From: Algibacter aquimarinus
Lineage (GTDB): Bacteria; Bacteroidota; Bacteroidia; Flavobacteriales; Flavobacteriaceae
DNA: 64,000 bases
Assembly: GCF_039543265.1 (NCBI RefSeq)
Contig: NZ_BAABJK010000004.1
Location: 1,030,003 to 1,094,002, forward strand
Direction: 5' to 3'
Both the position numbers and the translations under genes were made by a program. Shown piece after piece: positions 41,016-51,163 of this stretch (position 1 is the first letter of the stretch; every line of letters starts with the position of its first letter). The notes under the pieces are model-generated. The model saw only the letters and a program-made list of their open reading frames with translations. It had not been told where the DNA came from and did not search any database.

Positions 41016-43363
41016 TATCTAACAACCATTAATTTTAAAACTTTAGTTTCGAAAGTATCTAGATCTGAAAGCATAACTAAATAAACTCCTGAAGCAACTA
41101 TATTATTTGCTAAGTTTTTACCATTCCAGAAAGCTGTTCCTCCATCTATTTCAAGATTAAATCCTCGGAATCTTTGGTTTGTTCTAGATTGTGCCTCTGC
41201 TACTAAATTACCTTCAATATCAGTAATTTTAATATTTACATTTTCTGATATATCTTTAATCTTTACTTTTTGCTCTACTATATCGAAAGATGGTCTAACA
41301 GGGTTTGGATAAGCATAAGCGCTTTGCAAGTCGTTTAATGGGCTAGACCCGCCAGCTTTAAAAGATACTAATCCCCTATCAGTTGCTATAAAAACCTCTC
41401 CATTAGATTCATTTATTGATATGTCATTAACATTATTAGAAGGTAAAGGAGAATTACTTGTGGTAAAATGAAATATAGTTTGTTGACCATCTGATGACAA
41501 ATAAAATATGCCAGAACCTATTGTTGCTATCCATTTATTATTAGACCCATCAACTTTAATATCTGATATAAATTGATCTGCCAAAAGTTCTTTAGCCACG
41601 CCTCCCTCTTCTATTATAATTTCATCCACACTAATATTTTCTTCCCTAAAAAAGTTAGATGTATTAAATAGTACCCTGAGACCTTCATGAGTTCCTATCC
41701 ATAATTGGTTTCTTTTATCTAAAGCTAATGACCTTACTGATTTTACAGGAAAATTTTCTTCATCACTGCTTATGGATTTTAATAATGGACTTCCACTATT
41801 TTCATTAAAGCCAATAACTCCTTTTGAAAAGGATGCAATGAATTTAGTATTAGATACTGGATCAATAATTACTTCATGATACCCAACATTATCTTCTACC
41901 TTGGGCACTATCTCGGTGAAATCATAACTAACCCATTGACCAGAACTAGGATTATAGGCTTTTAATGGATTTATAACTAAACTTGTTATTGTCCACAACA
42001 GCCCTTGACTATCAAACGTTGAAGCACCAACTCTAATATCTTTATAATTTGGATTATCTGGTAAAATTAAAGACTCTAATCCGCTATTAGATTCATCATA
42101 CAAAACCGTAGGGATACTTTCATTAACTTCTAATAGTCCACTAAAAAAAGAACTTATAAAAACTTGATTATTGTTAAACGGATTCACAGAAATCCCATTT
42201 AAACATTTAGCTTCAAAAATATCATTATATGGTATATTAATCCATTCCTCATCTATAAAATGACTAAAACCTCGATTGTTTAATGGATAAGGATTATAAA
42301 ATCTAGTATACTCTCCAAATGTAACCCAAAGACTCCCATTATTAAACTCAATTGAAAAAGGATTATTCAATAAAGGTCCTTCAGGTCGGACTTCTTCATA
42401 CTCAATTGAACTATTTATTAATGTTTTTAAAACTCCAAAATCTTTTGTACCAATGTAAATATAATTTAAATCAAGCGTTGCTGAACTAAATCGAGTATCA
42501 AAATTAATATCAACTGAAGCCTGAGAAATTAAACTAAAGTTATTATCGTAAACAAAAATATTATTACTTGTTGAAATTAATAAATTACCATCTTGAGATT
42601 TCATTTCTACTGGTGCTTCTGCAAATAAAAATAATTCAGAGAGAACATCGTTTACTACCTGATAAATCCTTCTATTCGTTCTAATCGTATATAAATTATC
42701 TTCATTAGTCTCTATTGAAATAAAATCTCCTGTTGAAATTGTCTGCCAATTTTGAAAATCGACCAAATTAGGATTAGATAAAGGTGCTTTTCTTAAACCA
42801 TTATTATTAAAACAAGCAGCATAAATAAATTCATTAAAAATTGTGGTTTGCTTTACCTGAATTTGAGAACCGCCATCACCTATAAAATAAGTATCTCCAA
42901 ACTCTAAGCGTTCCAAATTAAAAACAGAAATCCCATAATTAGTAGATATGTAAACTAAGTTTTCATAAGCTTCAAAATGATTTATTCTTTTGTTTGTTGG
43001 TGGAATAGTAGATTTGTCTATTATATCCACCACAGTTAAAATATCATCATTATTGTCAAAAGCTATTTCAATAAGCCCATTTTCATATCCTATAATTAGT
43101 AGTTCATAAAAAGGACTATAAAAAATAGTTGAGATTGATTCTCCAGACAATCCATTAATAGTTGTAATTTCTTTTAATTCGTTAGTTTGAGTGTCTAAAA
43201 CAAAAACTGCATTTTCTGACGCCGCGTATACTCTATCATTACCCTTTACCACACTCTTAATGCTATTGTAAGAAAAATGGCCTTCCCAAAGTGCTGAAAA
43301 ATCTTGAGCGAAATGCAATAATGGAAACAAGAAAATAATTATAATTGAAATTCTCTTAATCAT
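41015..43363 (-). CDS. Two-beta-propeller (two-component-regulator-propeller-like) protein with a T9SS type-A CTD; candidate PorZ-like T9SS cargo or component
   Basis: 782 aa with a signal peptide. Repeated YV/W-rich blades run through the sequence. The C-terminus ...GKNLANNIVASGVYLVMLSDLDTFETKVLKLMVVR is a type-A sorting domain. Size and architecture match PorZ. Confidence 0.45.
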   Translation of the reverse strand: MIKRISIIIIFLFPLLHFAQDFSALWEGHFSYNSIKSVVKGNDRVYAASENAVFVLDTQTNELKEITTINGLSGESISTIFYSPFYELLIIGYENGLIEIAFDNNDDILTVVDIIDKSTIPPTNKRINHFEAYENLVYISTNYGISVFNLERLEFGDTYFIGDGGSQIQVKQTTIFNEFIYAACFNNNGLRKAPLSNPNLVDFQNWQTISTGDFISIETNEDNLYTIRTNRRIYQVVNDVLSELFLFAEAPVEMKSQDGNLLISTSNNIFVYDNNFSLISQASVDINFDTRFSSATLDLNYIYIGTKDFGVLKTLINSSIEYEEVRPEGPLLNNPFSIEFNNGSLWVTFGEYTRFYNPYPLNNRGFSHFIDEEWINIPYNDIFEAKCLNGISVNPFNNNQVFISSFFSGLLEVNESIPTVLYDESNSGLESLILPDNPNYKDIRVGASTFDSQGLLWTITSLVINPLKAYNPSSGQWVSYDFTEIVPKVEDNVGYHEVIIDPVSNTKFIASFSKGVIGFNENSGSPLLKSISSDEENFPVKSVRSLALDKRNQLWIGTHEGLRVLFNTSNFFREENISVDEIIIEEGGVAKELLADQFISDIKVDGSNNKWIATIGSGIFYLSSDGQQTIFHFTTSNSPLPSNNVNDISINESNGEVFIATDRGLVSFKAGGSSPLNDLQSAYAYPNPVRPSFDIVEQKVKIKDISENVNIKITDIEGNLVAEAQSRTNQRFRGFNLEIDGGTAFWNGKNLANNIVASGVYLVMLSDLDTFETKVLKLMVVR

Positions 43364-43450
43364 ACTAATTTTTTAATATTCAAATATATTTATAATAACG
43401 CTAAATATTTAAAATAATATATCCTTAAAGTTTCTTATTTACTTAAATTT

Positions 43451-44800
43451 GTGAAAACATTTATTCTGCTTAATAAATTTACAGTGAACTATATTATAGA
43501 GTTTTTAAAAAGAAAAAAACTCTTTTTATTACTTCTTATTATTCATTCCTTATTTTTTTGTATTAAATTATTTCTAGGAGATTTCTTTTTGAAAGATTCT
43601 TATGAATATTACAATTTAGCTGAAAATATAAAGAATAATTTTTCTTTTTATTGTGGTGACTTAGACTTAACTATTTATGCTGAAAACTACTCTAAAAGAC
43701 CGCCTTTATATGCTATTTTTATACTTATCTCCTCTTTTTTATTACATTCTAAAGTAAGTGTGTTAATTATTCAAAATGCAATTTCTATTTTAAGTATAAT
43801 ATTGTGTTTAAACATTTTTAAAAATTATTATACTCAAATAAATAATAAAATACTGACGATTTTTTTAGTAACATCAATAAGTCAGTTTATTTATTCCAAC
43901 TACTTAATGAGTGAAATTTTATTTCAATTTTTAATTGTTATACTATGCTACTTATTTCATAAAATAGTTACAGAAAAAAAAATATTCTATCTGATTTTTT
44001 TTCAATTGATTATAGTTCTCCTTTTTTTAACAAAACCTGTTTTTTATCTATTCATATTTCCTAATATTTTTTTATGTTTTTGGTTTTCAAAACATATTAA
44101 AAAAGCTTATTTTTTTTCATTAATACCAATTATGGTAGTTCTTTTGTATATGAATTGGAACTACAATAGAACTGGAAGTTTTGAGTATTCAAGTATTCAA
44201 AACATCAATTTAAAAAGTTATAATTTGTATTATTTCAATGTTAGTAAATACGGTGTGGATTACGCGCAAAAGACAGATTCAATAATTACTAAAGAAGCCC
44301 AAAATCAAAAAACTTATAAAGAAAAACAAAACAAAATTAAAACCCTCAGTCTTCAATATCTTCAAAAAGATTGGTTAAGTTATTCTATAGCTCATGCAAA
44401 AGGTTCTTTTAGAATGCTTATTGACCCAGGAAGATTTGATGTTTATAACTTTTTTGAGTTTAAAAATAAGTCACAAGTTGGGTTTTTAAAACACCTAAAT
44501 TCAGATGGTGTTTCTGGGGCATATAATTACTTTATAAAACAACCATTAATTATTCTTATTCTAATACCTATTGTACTTTTATTAAATGTATTTAAATTAA
44601 TAGGGTTTGTTCTTTTTTGGTTAAAAAACTACAACAAAACCTCTCCTACTTGTTGGTTTATGCTAGCATTAATAGTTTATATATTTCTTTTAACTGGCAT
44701 AATTGGGGCATCAAGATTTATGATACCTGTGTTGCCATTATATTTACTATTCTCAACATTGGGATTTTCTAAAAAACACATCAAAGGGTTTACAATATGA
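43451..44800 (+). CDS. Polytopic GT-C-fold glycosyltransferase-like membrane protein (ArnT / PMT / GT39-like)
   Basis: About 11 TM helices. The first loop holds DSYEYYNLAENI…RPPLYAIF, resembling the DE…(K/R)PPL signature of GT-C transferases. Confidence 0.4.
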   Translation: MKTFILLNKFTVNYIIEFLKRKKLFLLLLIIHSLFFCIKLFLGDFFLKDSYEYYNLAENIKNNFSFYCGDLDLTIYAENYSKRPPLYAIFILISSFLLHSKVSVLIIQNAISILSIILCLNIFKNYYTQINNKILTIFLVTSISQFIYSNYLMSEILFQFLIVILCYLFHKIVTEKKIFYLIFFQLIIVLLFLTKPVFYLFIFPNIFLCFWFSKHIKKAYFFSLIPIMVVLLYMNWNYNRTGSFEYSSIQNINLKSYNLYYFNVSKYGVDYAQKTDSIITKEAQNQKTYKEKQNKIKTLSLQYLQKDWLSYSIAHAKGSFRMLIDPGRFDVYNFFEFKNKSQVGFLKHLNSDGVSGAYNYFIKQPLIILILIPIVLLLNVFKLIGFVLFWLKNYNKTSPTCWFMLALIVYIFLLTGIIGASRFMIPVLPLYLLFSTLGFSKKHIKGFTI

Positions 44801-46218
44801 AAAAAGTTATAATAATAGGCGCTGGTCCAGCGGGGTTATCTTGTGCTTATCAATTGAGTAAAGAAAACTTTGAAGTTATTGTTTTTGAAGCTAGTAATAA
44901 CATTGGAGGAATGTCTAGAAGTTTTCAATTGTGGGGACAAATTGTTGATTTAGGACCTCATCGATTTTTTTCTAAACAACCTGATGTAAATCGGTTTTTT
45001 AATGAACTAATAAAAGAAGATTTTACCTTAGTTAATAGACAAACACGCATATTTTATAATGGGAAATATTTTCAGTATCCGCTTAAAATAGGAAATGTTC
45101 TAAAAAACCTATCCTTTATTACCATTTTTCAAATCCTTTGGGATTACTTTATAAAAATAGTCTTCCCTCTAAAGAATACAAAGAACTTAGAGGAATGGAT
45201 TAGCAATAGGTTCGGAAAAAAGCTCTACACTATTTTTTTTAAACATTACAGCGAAAAACTTTGGGGTATAAAATGTACACAAATTGATGCTGACTGGGCT
45301 GCTCAAAGAATAAAAACATTATCCTTAGCACAGGCAGTAATATCTGCCTTTTTAAGTAATAAAGGCAATAAGCACAAAACCCTTGTAGATCAATTTGCAT
45401 ATCCCAACAATGGTACCGGAACCTTGTATGAAAGAGCAGCAGAAGCAATCAAAAAGCAAAATAGTAATATTCATTTTAACTCAAAAATAAAAAGAGTTTT
45501 ACTTGATGAAAGCAACAAAATAGCTTTAGGGGTTGAATTATTGAATGGAGATATTATTGAATCTGATTATGTAATATCAACAATGCCTTTAACAAGCCTA
45601 TTAAAAGGTTTTAATAATACTCCTAAAAAAGTTATTGACTCAATTAATACTTTATACTTTAGAAATACAATTTTAGTTTATTTAGAAATAGACAAGGAAA
45701 ATCTATTCTCTGATAATTGGCTTTACATTCATTCTCCTGATGTAAAATTAGGTAGAATAACTAACTTTAGGAATTGGTGCCCTTCTTTAAATAAAGGCAA
45801 ATCTTCAACAATAATTGCTTTAGAATATTGGTGTTTCGAAAGTGACACTATATGGAGTGAGAAAGATAAAAATATAATTGAAATGGCAGTAAAAGAACTA
45901 CATATTATAGATTTATTAGACAAAAATGTTACTCCTATTAACTCGAAAATCATCCGAGTTCCTAACTGTTATCCAGTATACGAAACAGGATATCAGCAAA
46001 ATTTAGACATAGTTATAAAACATTTAAAAAAGATTGAAAATTTATTACCAATAGGACGTTATGGTTCTTTTAAATATAATAATCAAGATCATTCGATATT
46101 GATGGGATTACTTGCAGCAAAGAAAATAACTAATAATGACACTATAGATCTATGGTCAGTAAATACTGATACTGAATATCAAGAAGATGCTAAAGTAAAA
46201 GATGTCCTAATTTATTAA
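44797..46218 (+). CDS. FAD/NAD(P)-binding oxidoreductase (amine-oxidase / protoporphyrinogen-oxidase / UDP-galactopyranose-mutase superfamily)
   Basis: N-terminal Rossmann fold (VIIIGAGPAGLSCAYQLSKENFEVIVFEASNNIGG). The ATGA start/stop overlap with the upstream membrane gene indicates translational coupling. Confidence 0.65.
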   Translation: MKKVIIIGAGPAGLSCAYQLSKENFEVIVFEASNNIGGMSRSFQLWGQIVDLGPHRFFSKQPDVNRFFNELIKEDFTLVNRQTRIFYNGKYFQYPLKIGNVLKNLSFITIFQILWDYFIKIVFPLKNTKNLEEWISNRFGKKLYTIFFKHYSEKLWGIKCTQIDADWAAQRIKTLSLAQAVISAFLSNKGNKHKTLVDQFAYPNNGTGTLYERAAEAIKKQNSNIHFNSKIKRVLLDESNKIALGVELLNGDIIESDYVISTMPLTSLLKGFNNTPKKVIDSINTLYFRNTILVYLEIDKENLFSDNWLYIHSPDVKLGRITNFRNWCPSLNKGKSSTIIALEYWCFESDTIWSEKDKNIIEMAVKELHIIDLLDKNVTPINSKIIRVPNCYPVYETGYQQNLDIVIKHLKKIENLLPIGRYGSFKYNNQDHSILMGLLAAKKITNNDTIDLWSVNTDTEYQEDAKVKDVLIY

Positions 46219-46221
46219 AAC

Positions 46222-46254
46222 AAAAAAAGCCTCCTGTAAAACAGGAAGCTTTTA
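46222..46254. terminator. Bidirectional terminator between the oxidoreductase gene and gdhA
   Basis: AAAAAAAGCCTCCTG-TAAAA-CAGGAAGCTTTT (one mismatch in the stem). Confidence 0.65.
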
Positions 46255-46273
46255 ATATAAACTTATACTAATA

Positions 46274-47617
46274 TTAGACAATTCCTTGGGCCAACATAGC
46301 ATCAGCTACTTTTACAAAGCCTGCTATGTTAGCACCTTTAACATAATCAATATAACCATCTTCATCTTCTCCATATTCTAAACAAGATTTATGTATATCA
46401 GACATGATATCTTTAAGCTTATTATCTACTTCTTCTCTAGTCCATTTGTATCTCAACGAGTTTTGAGTCATTTCTAAACCAGATGTTGCCACACCTCCTG
46501 CATTTGATGCTTTTCCAGGTGCAAATAGTATTTTTGCTTTATGAAAAGCAGCTATAGCTTCTTTTGTTGATGGCATATTAGCCCCTTCACTAACGCAAAT
46601 ACATCCATTTTCTAATAGCTTATTAGCTGCATTTTCATCTAATTCATTTTGCGTTGCGCATGGTAATGCAACATCACATTTTACTTCCCAAGGAGTTTTC
46701 CCTTTATGATACTCTGCATTTGGATATTCATCTAAATACTCACTAATTCTTCCTCGTTTTTCATTTTTCAACTGCATAACAAACGCTAACTTTTCTTCAT
46801 CAATACCAGCAGAATCATAAATATATCCTCCTGAATCTGATAATGTAAGCACTTTACCTCCTAGTTGTATAACCTTTTCAGCTGCATATTGAGCCACATT
46901 TCCAGAACCAGAAACTACTACAGATTTACCTTCAAAACCATCACCTTTGGTTTCTAGCATTTTTTGTGCGAAGTAAACATTACCATATCCGGTTGCTTCT
47001 GGTCTAATTAAAGAACCACCCCAAGACATTCCTTTTCCTGTTAAAACACCAGTAAATTCATTTTGCAATTTTTTATACATACCGAATAAAAACCCAATTT
47101 CTCTTGTTCCAACACCTATATCTCCAGCAGGAATATCTGTATTCGGGCCAATATATCTAAACAATTCACTCATAAAAGCATGGCAGAAACGCATGATTTC
47201 GTTATCACTTTTACCTTTAGGATCGAAATCACTTCCACCTTTTCCACCACCCATAGGTAGTGTGGTAAGACTGTTTTTAAATACTTGTTCGAAGGCCAAA
47301 AACTTTAAGATACTAGCGTTTACAGTTGGGTGAAAACGCAAACCACCTTTGTAAGGCCCTATGGCTGAATTCATTTGAACTCGATAACCTCTATTTACCT
47401 GAATTTCTCCACTATCATCTACCCAAGAAACTCGGAAGGAAATTAAACGTTCTGGCTCAACCATTCTTAATAGAATATTTTTACCATAATAAATATCATG
47501 TTTAACAATGTAAGGAATAACTGTTTCAGCTACTTCCTCCACGGCTTGTAAGAATTCTGGCTCATGACCATTTCTCTCCTTAACAAGGTCTAAAAATGCT
47601 TCAATGCTACTTTTCAT
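46274..47617 (-). CDS. gdhA: NADP-specific glutamate dehydrogenase
   Basis: The GDH active-site region (K..GGGKGGSDFDPKGKSD) and an NAD(P) Rossmann fold (GSGNVAQY); 447 aa. Confidence 0.93.
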   Translation of the reverse strand: MKSSIEAFLDLVKERNGHEPEFLQAVEEVAETVIPYIVKHDIYYGKNILLRMVEPERLISFRVSWVDDSGEIQVNRGYRVQMNSAIGPYKGGLRFHPTVNASILKFLAFEQVFKNSLTTLPMGGGKGGSDFDPKGKSDNEIMRFCHAFMSELFRYIGPNTDIPAGDIGVGTREIGFLFGMYKKLQNEFTGVLTGKGMSWGGSLIRPEATGYGNVYFAQKMLETKGDGFEGKSVVVSGSGNVAQYAAEKVIQLGGKVLTLSDSGGYIYDSAGIDEEKLAFVMQLKNEKRGRISEYLDEYPNAEYHKGKTPWEVKCDVALPCATQNELDENAANKLLENGCICVSEGANMPSTKEAIAAFHKAKILFAPGKASNAGGVATSGLEMTQNSLRYKWTREEVDNKLKDIMSDIHKSCLEYGEDEDGYIDYVKGANIAGFVKVADAMLAQGIV

Positions 47618-47818
47618 TTAATTTAAAAATGTATTAAAATTAAAAATTATACAATTATAGACTGCAAATATACGTTATCTTTAAAAATAACTGCATTTTT
47701 TTTTGAAATTCGCAATGGTTATTTTCCCTTTTAAACAGCCATAACTATTAATATTTGTTTGTTAAGTGAGTTTTTATATATTTGTTGTTATTAATGCCTC
47801 AAAAACAGAATCTTAATT

Positions 47819-48631
47819 ATGCTTAACTTGAAACGTTTAGCTACTTTTTTTTGCTTGTTTGTAATTTGTCAAACAGCTACCTCTCAATTAGGCTTTTCTC
47901 ATGAAATAGGCGTTATTGCTGGTCCAGTTCAGTTTCGCTCAGATTTTGGAAGTAGAAACGAAACGAGAACCAACTTTGGAAATTCAGGTTTTGGTGTTGG
48001 CTTAATCCATTATATAAACTTTTCTTATAGAGCTGACTGTAATTGTTACACTACCGATACTTATTTCAATGATCATTTTAAATTAAGAAATGAAATTTCT
48101 TATAACAAAACAAACCTTGAGCATTTAGGCTTTTGGGTAGAATCTGATAAAATAAGTGTTCAAGCAGACCAACTTAGAGGCCATAAAGGTGTAGCCCAGA
48201 ATTTTGATATTGGTACACAATTAGAGTTTTTCCCAAGAAGCATCCGTGATTTTCAAGGGTACGCATACAGAATTGCTCCTTTTGCAAGTTTAGGGGTTCA
48301 TTACACAACATTTAGCCCTAAAGCTAGTACAACTTTTGGTAATGGTGATGTATTTGATAGAGATAATATTTACACCTTTTGGTTTGATAATTTTCCTCCT
48401 GGAAGCGACGATTACCCTATAAACACAGACGGAGGCAGTACATGGTCTGTGGTTTCTAGTGTTGGATTTCGTTATAAGTTAACTAAATTGACTGACTTAA
48501 TGTTAGACTTAAGGGCCCAATATTATTTTAATGACCTAGTTGATGGACTAGACCATAATTGGAGAGACTATGATAGAAATAACGATTGGTTAGTTTGGTT
48601 AAATGTTGGATATATAGTATATCTGGACTAA
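47819..48631 (+). CDS. Hypothetical secreted / outer-membrane protein
   Basis: Signal peptide, Gly/Phe/Tyr-rich with beta-strand-like periodicity; 270 aa. Confidence 0.3.
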   Translation: MLNLKRLATFFCLFVICQTATSQLGFSHEIGVIAGPVQFRSDFGSRNETRTNFGNSGFGVGLIHYINFSYRADCNCYTTDTYFNDHFKLRNEISYNKTNLEHLGFWVESDKISVQADQLRGHKGVAQNFDIGTQLEFFPRSIRDFQGYAYRIAPFASLGVHYTTFSPKASTTFGNGDVFDRDNIYTFWFDNFPPGSDDYPINTDGGSTWSVVSSVGFRYKLTKLTDLMLDLRAQYYFNDLVDGLDHNWRDYDRNNDWLVWLNVGYIVYLD

Positions 48632-48650
48632 TAAACAAATACAAACTCAT

Positions 48651-48688
48651 AAAAAAAGCATCTGTAGTACTACAGATGCTTTTTTTAT
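48651..48688. terminator. Bidirectional terminator between the hypothetical OMP gene and the PLP-enzyme gene
   Basis: AAAAAAAGCATCTGTAGTACTACAGATGCTTTTTTT: a perfect 12-bp palindromic stem. Confidence 0.85.
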
Positions 48689-48703
48689 GAGAGTATAAAT
48701 AAC

Positions 48704-49843
48704 TTATTTTAATGCTTGCTCCAAATCTGCAATTAAGTCTTCAATGGCTTCAATACCAACACTCAACCTAATTAAAGAATCAACAACTCCTGTTTTTTCG
48801 CGTTCTTCTTTAGGTATACTAGCATGTGTCATACTAGCTGGATGGCCTGCTAAAGATTCAACTCCACCAAGAGACTCAGCCAGAGTAAATACTTTTAAAT
48901 TTTCAATAGTTTTAATGGCTTCTTTATAGTTATTACCTTTAGTAGTGAACGAAATCATACCGCCAAAATCTTTCATTTGAGTTTTAGCAATATCATGGTT
49001 TGGGTGGTTTTCAAAACCTGGCCAGTATACTTTTTCTATTTTAGGATGTTTTACTAAATACTCTGCTACAGCTTTTCCGTTTTCACAATGGCGTTGCATT
49101 CTAACATGTAAGGTTTTTATGCCTCGTAAAACCAGAAAACTATCTTGAGGTCCGCATACTGCTCCGCTTGCATTCTGAATAAAATATAACTTATCAGCCA
49201 AATTTTTATCTTTAACTACTAGAGCTCCCATTACCACATCACTGTGTCCTCCAAGATATTTGGTTGCAGAATGCATAACGATGTCTGCTCCCAAATCTAG
49301 CGGTAATTGTAAATATGGCGTTGCAAAGGTATTATCTACAGCCAATGTAATGTTATGTTTTTTTGCGACTTTTGAAACAGCAACAATGTCTATAATATTC
49401 ATCATAGGGTTTGTTGGAGTTTCTACCCAAATAAGTTTAGTGTTTGTATTTACACAAGCCTCTATATTCGAGATGCTTTCCATTCCAACAAAGTGAAACT
49501 TAATTCCAAAATCTTGGAAAATCTTAGTGAATAATCTGAAAGACCCTCCATATAAATCGTTAGTAGAAATAACTTCATCACCGGGTTTTAATAATTTAAT
49601 TACAGCGTCAATTGCTGCTAAACCAGAACCAAATGCTAAACCAAAATTACCATTCTCTATGCTTGCAAAAGCACTTTCTAAAGCATGCCTTGTTGGGTTG
49701 TGAGTTCTTGAATATTCATAGCCTTTATGGCCTCCTGGAGTAGATTGTGCATACGTAGATGTTTGATATATTGGTGGCATCACAGCGCCGTAAGCTTTAT
49801 CATGTTCCTGTCCGCCGTGAATTGCTTTTGTGTTAAATTTCAT
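48704..49843 (-). CDS. Cys/Met-metabolism PLP-dependent enzyme (cystathionine gamma-synthase/lyase or beta-lyase family)
   Basis: 379 aa; the PLP lysine context is HSATKYLGGHSDVVMG, and the N-terminus YSRTHNPTR is typical of the trans-sulfuration family. Confidence 0.8.
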   Translation of the reverse strand: MKFNTKAIHGGQEHDKAYGAVMPPIYQTSTYAQSTPGGHKGYEYSRTHNPTRHALESAFASIENGNFGLAFGSGLAAIDAVIKLLKPGDEVISTNDLYGGSFRLFTKIFQDFGIKFHFVGMESISNIEACVNTNTKLIWVETPTNPMMNIIDIVAVSKVAKKHNITLAVDNTFATPYLQLPLDLGADIVMHSATKYLGGHSDVVMGALVVKDKNLADKLYFIQNASGAVCGPQDSFLVLRGIKTLHVRMQRHCENGKAVAEYLVKHPKIEKVYWPGFENHPNHDIAKTQMKDFGGMISFTTKGNNYKEAIKTIENLKVFTLAESLGGVESLAGHPASMTHASIPKEEREKTGVVDSLIRLSVGIEAIEDLIADLEQALK

Positions 49844-49931
49844 TTTTTACAAGTATTTTTACAAATGTAGTTTTTAATTCGTTGTATTCAAACGCATTAA
49901 TTACCTTTAACTTTACTTTATCAAATCGCCT

Positions 49932-50648
49932 ATGTTTACCAAATTTCGCCTTCTAATTTTGTCTTTCTCAATACTTCTTTTTAGTTGTGTTGAAGACGTA
50001 AACATCTCTTTTGAAGAAGTTTATATTTCATCTGAGAACCGTATTGAAATAAATATTCCAAAAGCTAAAGGCAATAAAACTATAGTAGAAGTTATAAATA
50101 CTGACATTGAAACTGCTGTTGCAAGAGAGTTATATATTGGTAGTGCTGATAGTGAATCGCCAAAAACAATTAATGAAAGTATTAATTTGTTTAATGAGGA
50201 ATTCCATGTTTTCAAAACAGACTTTCCTGAAAGCGAACAAATTTGGGAAGCACAAATTGACGGAGAGGTTCTATTTCAATCACCAGAAATTATAAGTGTT
50301 TCTATAACTTCATACGTTAATACGGGTGGTGCTCATGGTATTTTAAACATTACTTTTTTAAACTTTGAAAGCACAACCGGAAAACAAATTCCAAATAAAA
50401 ATCTTTTTACTGATAGTGATAGTTTAAAAGAAATAGTTAAAAAACATGTTATTGAAGCCACCAGAAAAAAAGATATTGTTTTTGAACCAGAAAACTTCCA
50501 ATTACCTCAAAATATTGGATACACAGAAGATGGTGTTATTTTTTTATATAACACATTTCAAATAGGACCCTACTCATCAGGAATTATAGAATTTACTATT
50601 CCTTTTGAAGAAATTAAGTCTTATCTAGTTTTTAACAGCACGAACTAA
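49932..50648 (+). CDS. DUF3298/DUF4163-like lipoprotein (RsiV-like fold)
   Basis: Lipobox LLFSC; 238 aa; the domain assignment is from general resemblance only. Confidence 0.35.
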   Translation: MFTKFRLLILSFSILLFSCVEDVNISFEEVYISSENRIEINIPKAKGNKTIVEVINTDIETAVARELYIGSADSESPKTINESINLFNEEFHVFKTDFPESEQIWEAQIDGEVLFQSPEIISVSITSYVNTGGAHGILNITFLNFESTTGKQIPNKNLFTDSDSLKEIVKKHVIEATRKKDIVFEPENFQLPQNIGYTEDGVIFLYNTFQIGPYSSGIIEFTIPFEEIKSYLVFNSTN

Positions 50649-51089
50649 AGCTAAAACATACCCTAAATGCATAGCTTCATGAAATAAAATAAACTGTAAC
50701 GCTTCATCAATATTATTTAAAGTATTTCCCGTTGTAGATACGGTGTAAGCATTGTATTCTTTAAAAACATTATTTTTATAATCGCTTTCTAATTTTTCAG
50801 CAGTAGAAAAAAGTAACGCTTTAATTTCATCTACTTCATCTTGAGAAACAGGTCCTTCTGGCTTAGTATCTTTCCTATATTTATTTACAATTTCATCACT
50901 TACTGCCATAGGCAAACCAGACAATTTATAAGCTAATAATTGTGCTGTAACTACTATATGACCTATATTCCAAATGATATTATTGTTATATCCATTCGGA
51001 ATTTTATTTAAATCTTCTAAAGAGTTATTTTCAATATGGTTTTTGAAAAATGGACGAATATTATGTAATACTTCAAACGTAAATTGCAT
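50625..51089 (-). CDS. DinB/YfiT-family (DinB_2) metal-dependent four-helix-bundle protein
   Basis: Histidine triad context (WNIGHIVV…, LFHEAMHLGY); 154 aa. Confidence 0.55.
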   Translation of the reverse strand: MQFTFEVLHNIRPFFKNHIENNSLEDLNKIPNGYNNNIIWNIGHIVVTAQLLAYKLSGLPMAVSDEIVNKYRKDTKPEGPVSQDEVDEIKALLFSTAEKLESDYKNNVFKEYNAYTVSTTGNTLNNIDEALQFILFHEAMHLGYVLALVRAVKN

Positions 51090-51163
51090 GATTTTAATTT
51101 TTGGCTAAATATACTTCTAAAAGTGAAAATTAGCTTTATTTTGCTGTAAATTTAAGTATAATA

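Noticed and set aside
37325-48688. Several terminator hairpins share a GCA(A)TCTGT…ACAGAT(T)GC core (37327-37350, 37823-37854, 48658-48681; related 53598-53632). They might form a dispersed REP-like element family.
   Set aside because: The shared part is only 7-9 nt, and each hairpin is a palindrome. The expected chance frequency of such k-mers in 64 kb is about 1. It would need a genome-wide count to be taken seriously.
49844-49931. Checked for a SAM or other riboswitch upstream of the Cys/Met PLP-enzyme gene and upstream of the two TonB-dependent receptors (10227-10407, 28448-28519)
   Set aside because: The leaders are short (72-181 nt) and AT-rich, without the conserved GC-rich helices of SAM-I/II or cobalamin riboswitches.
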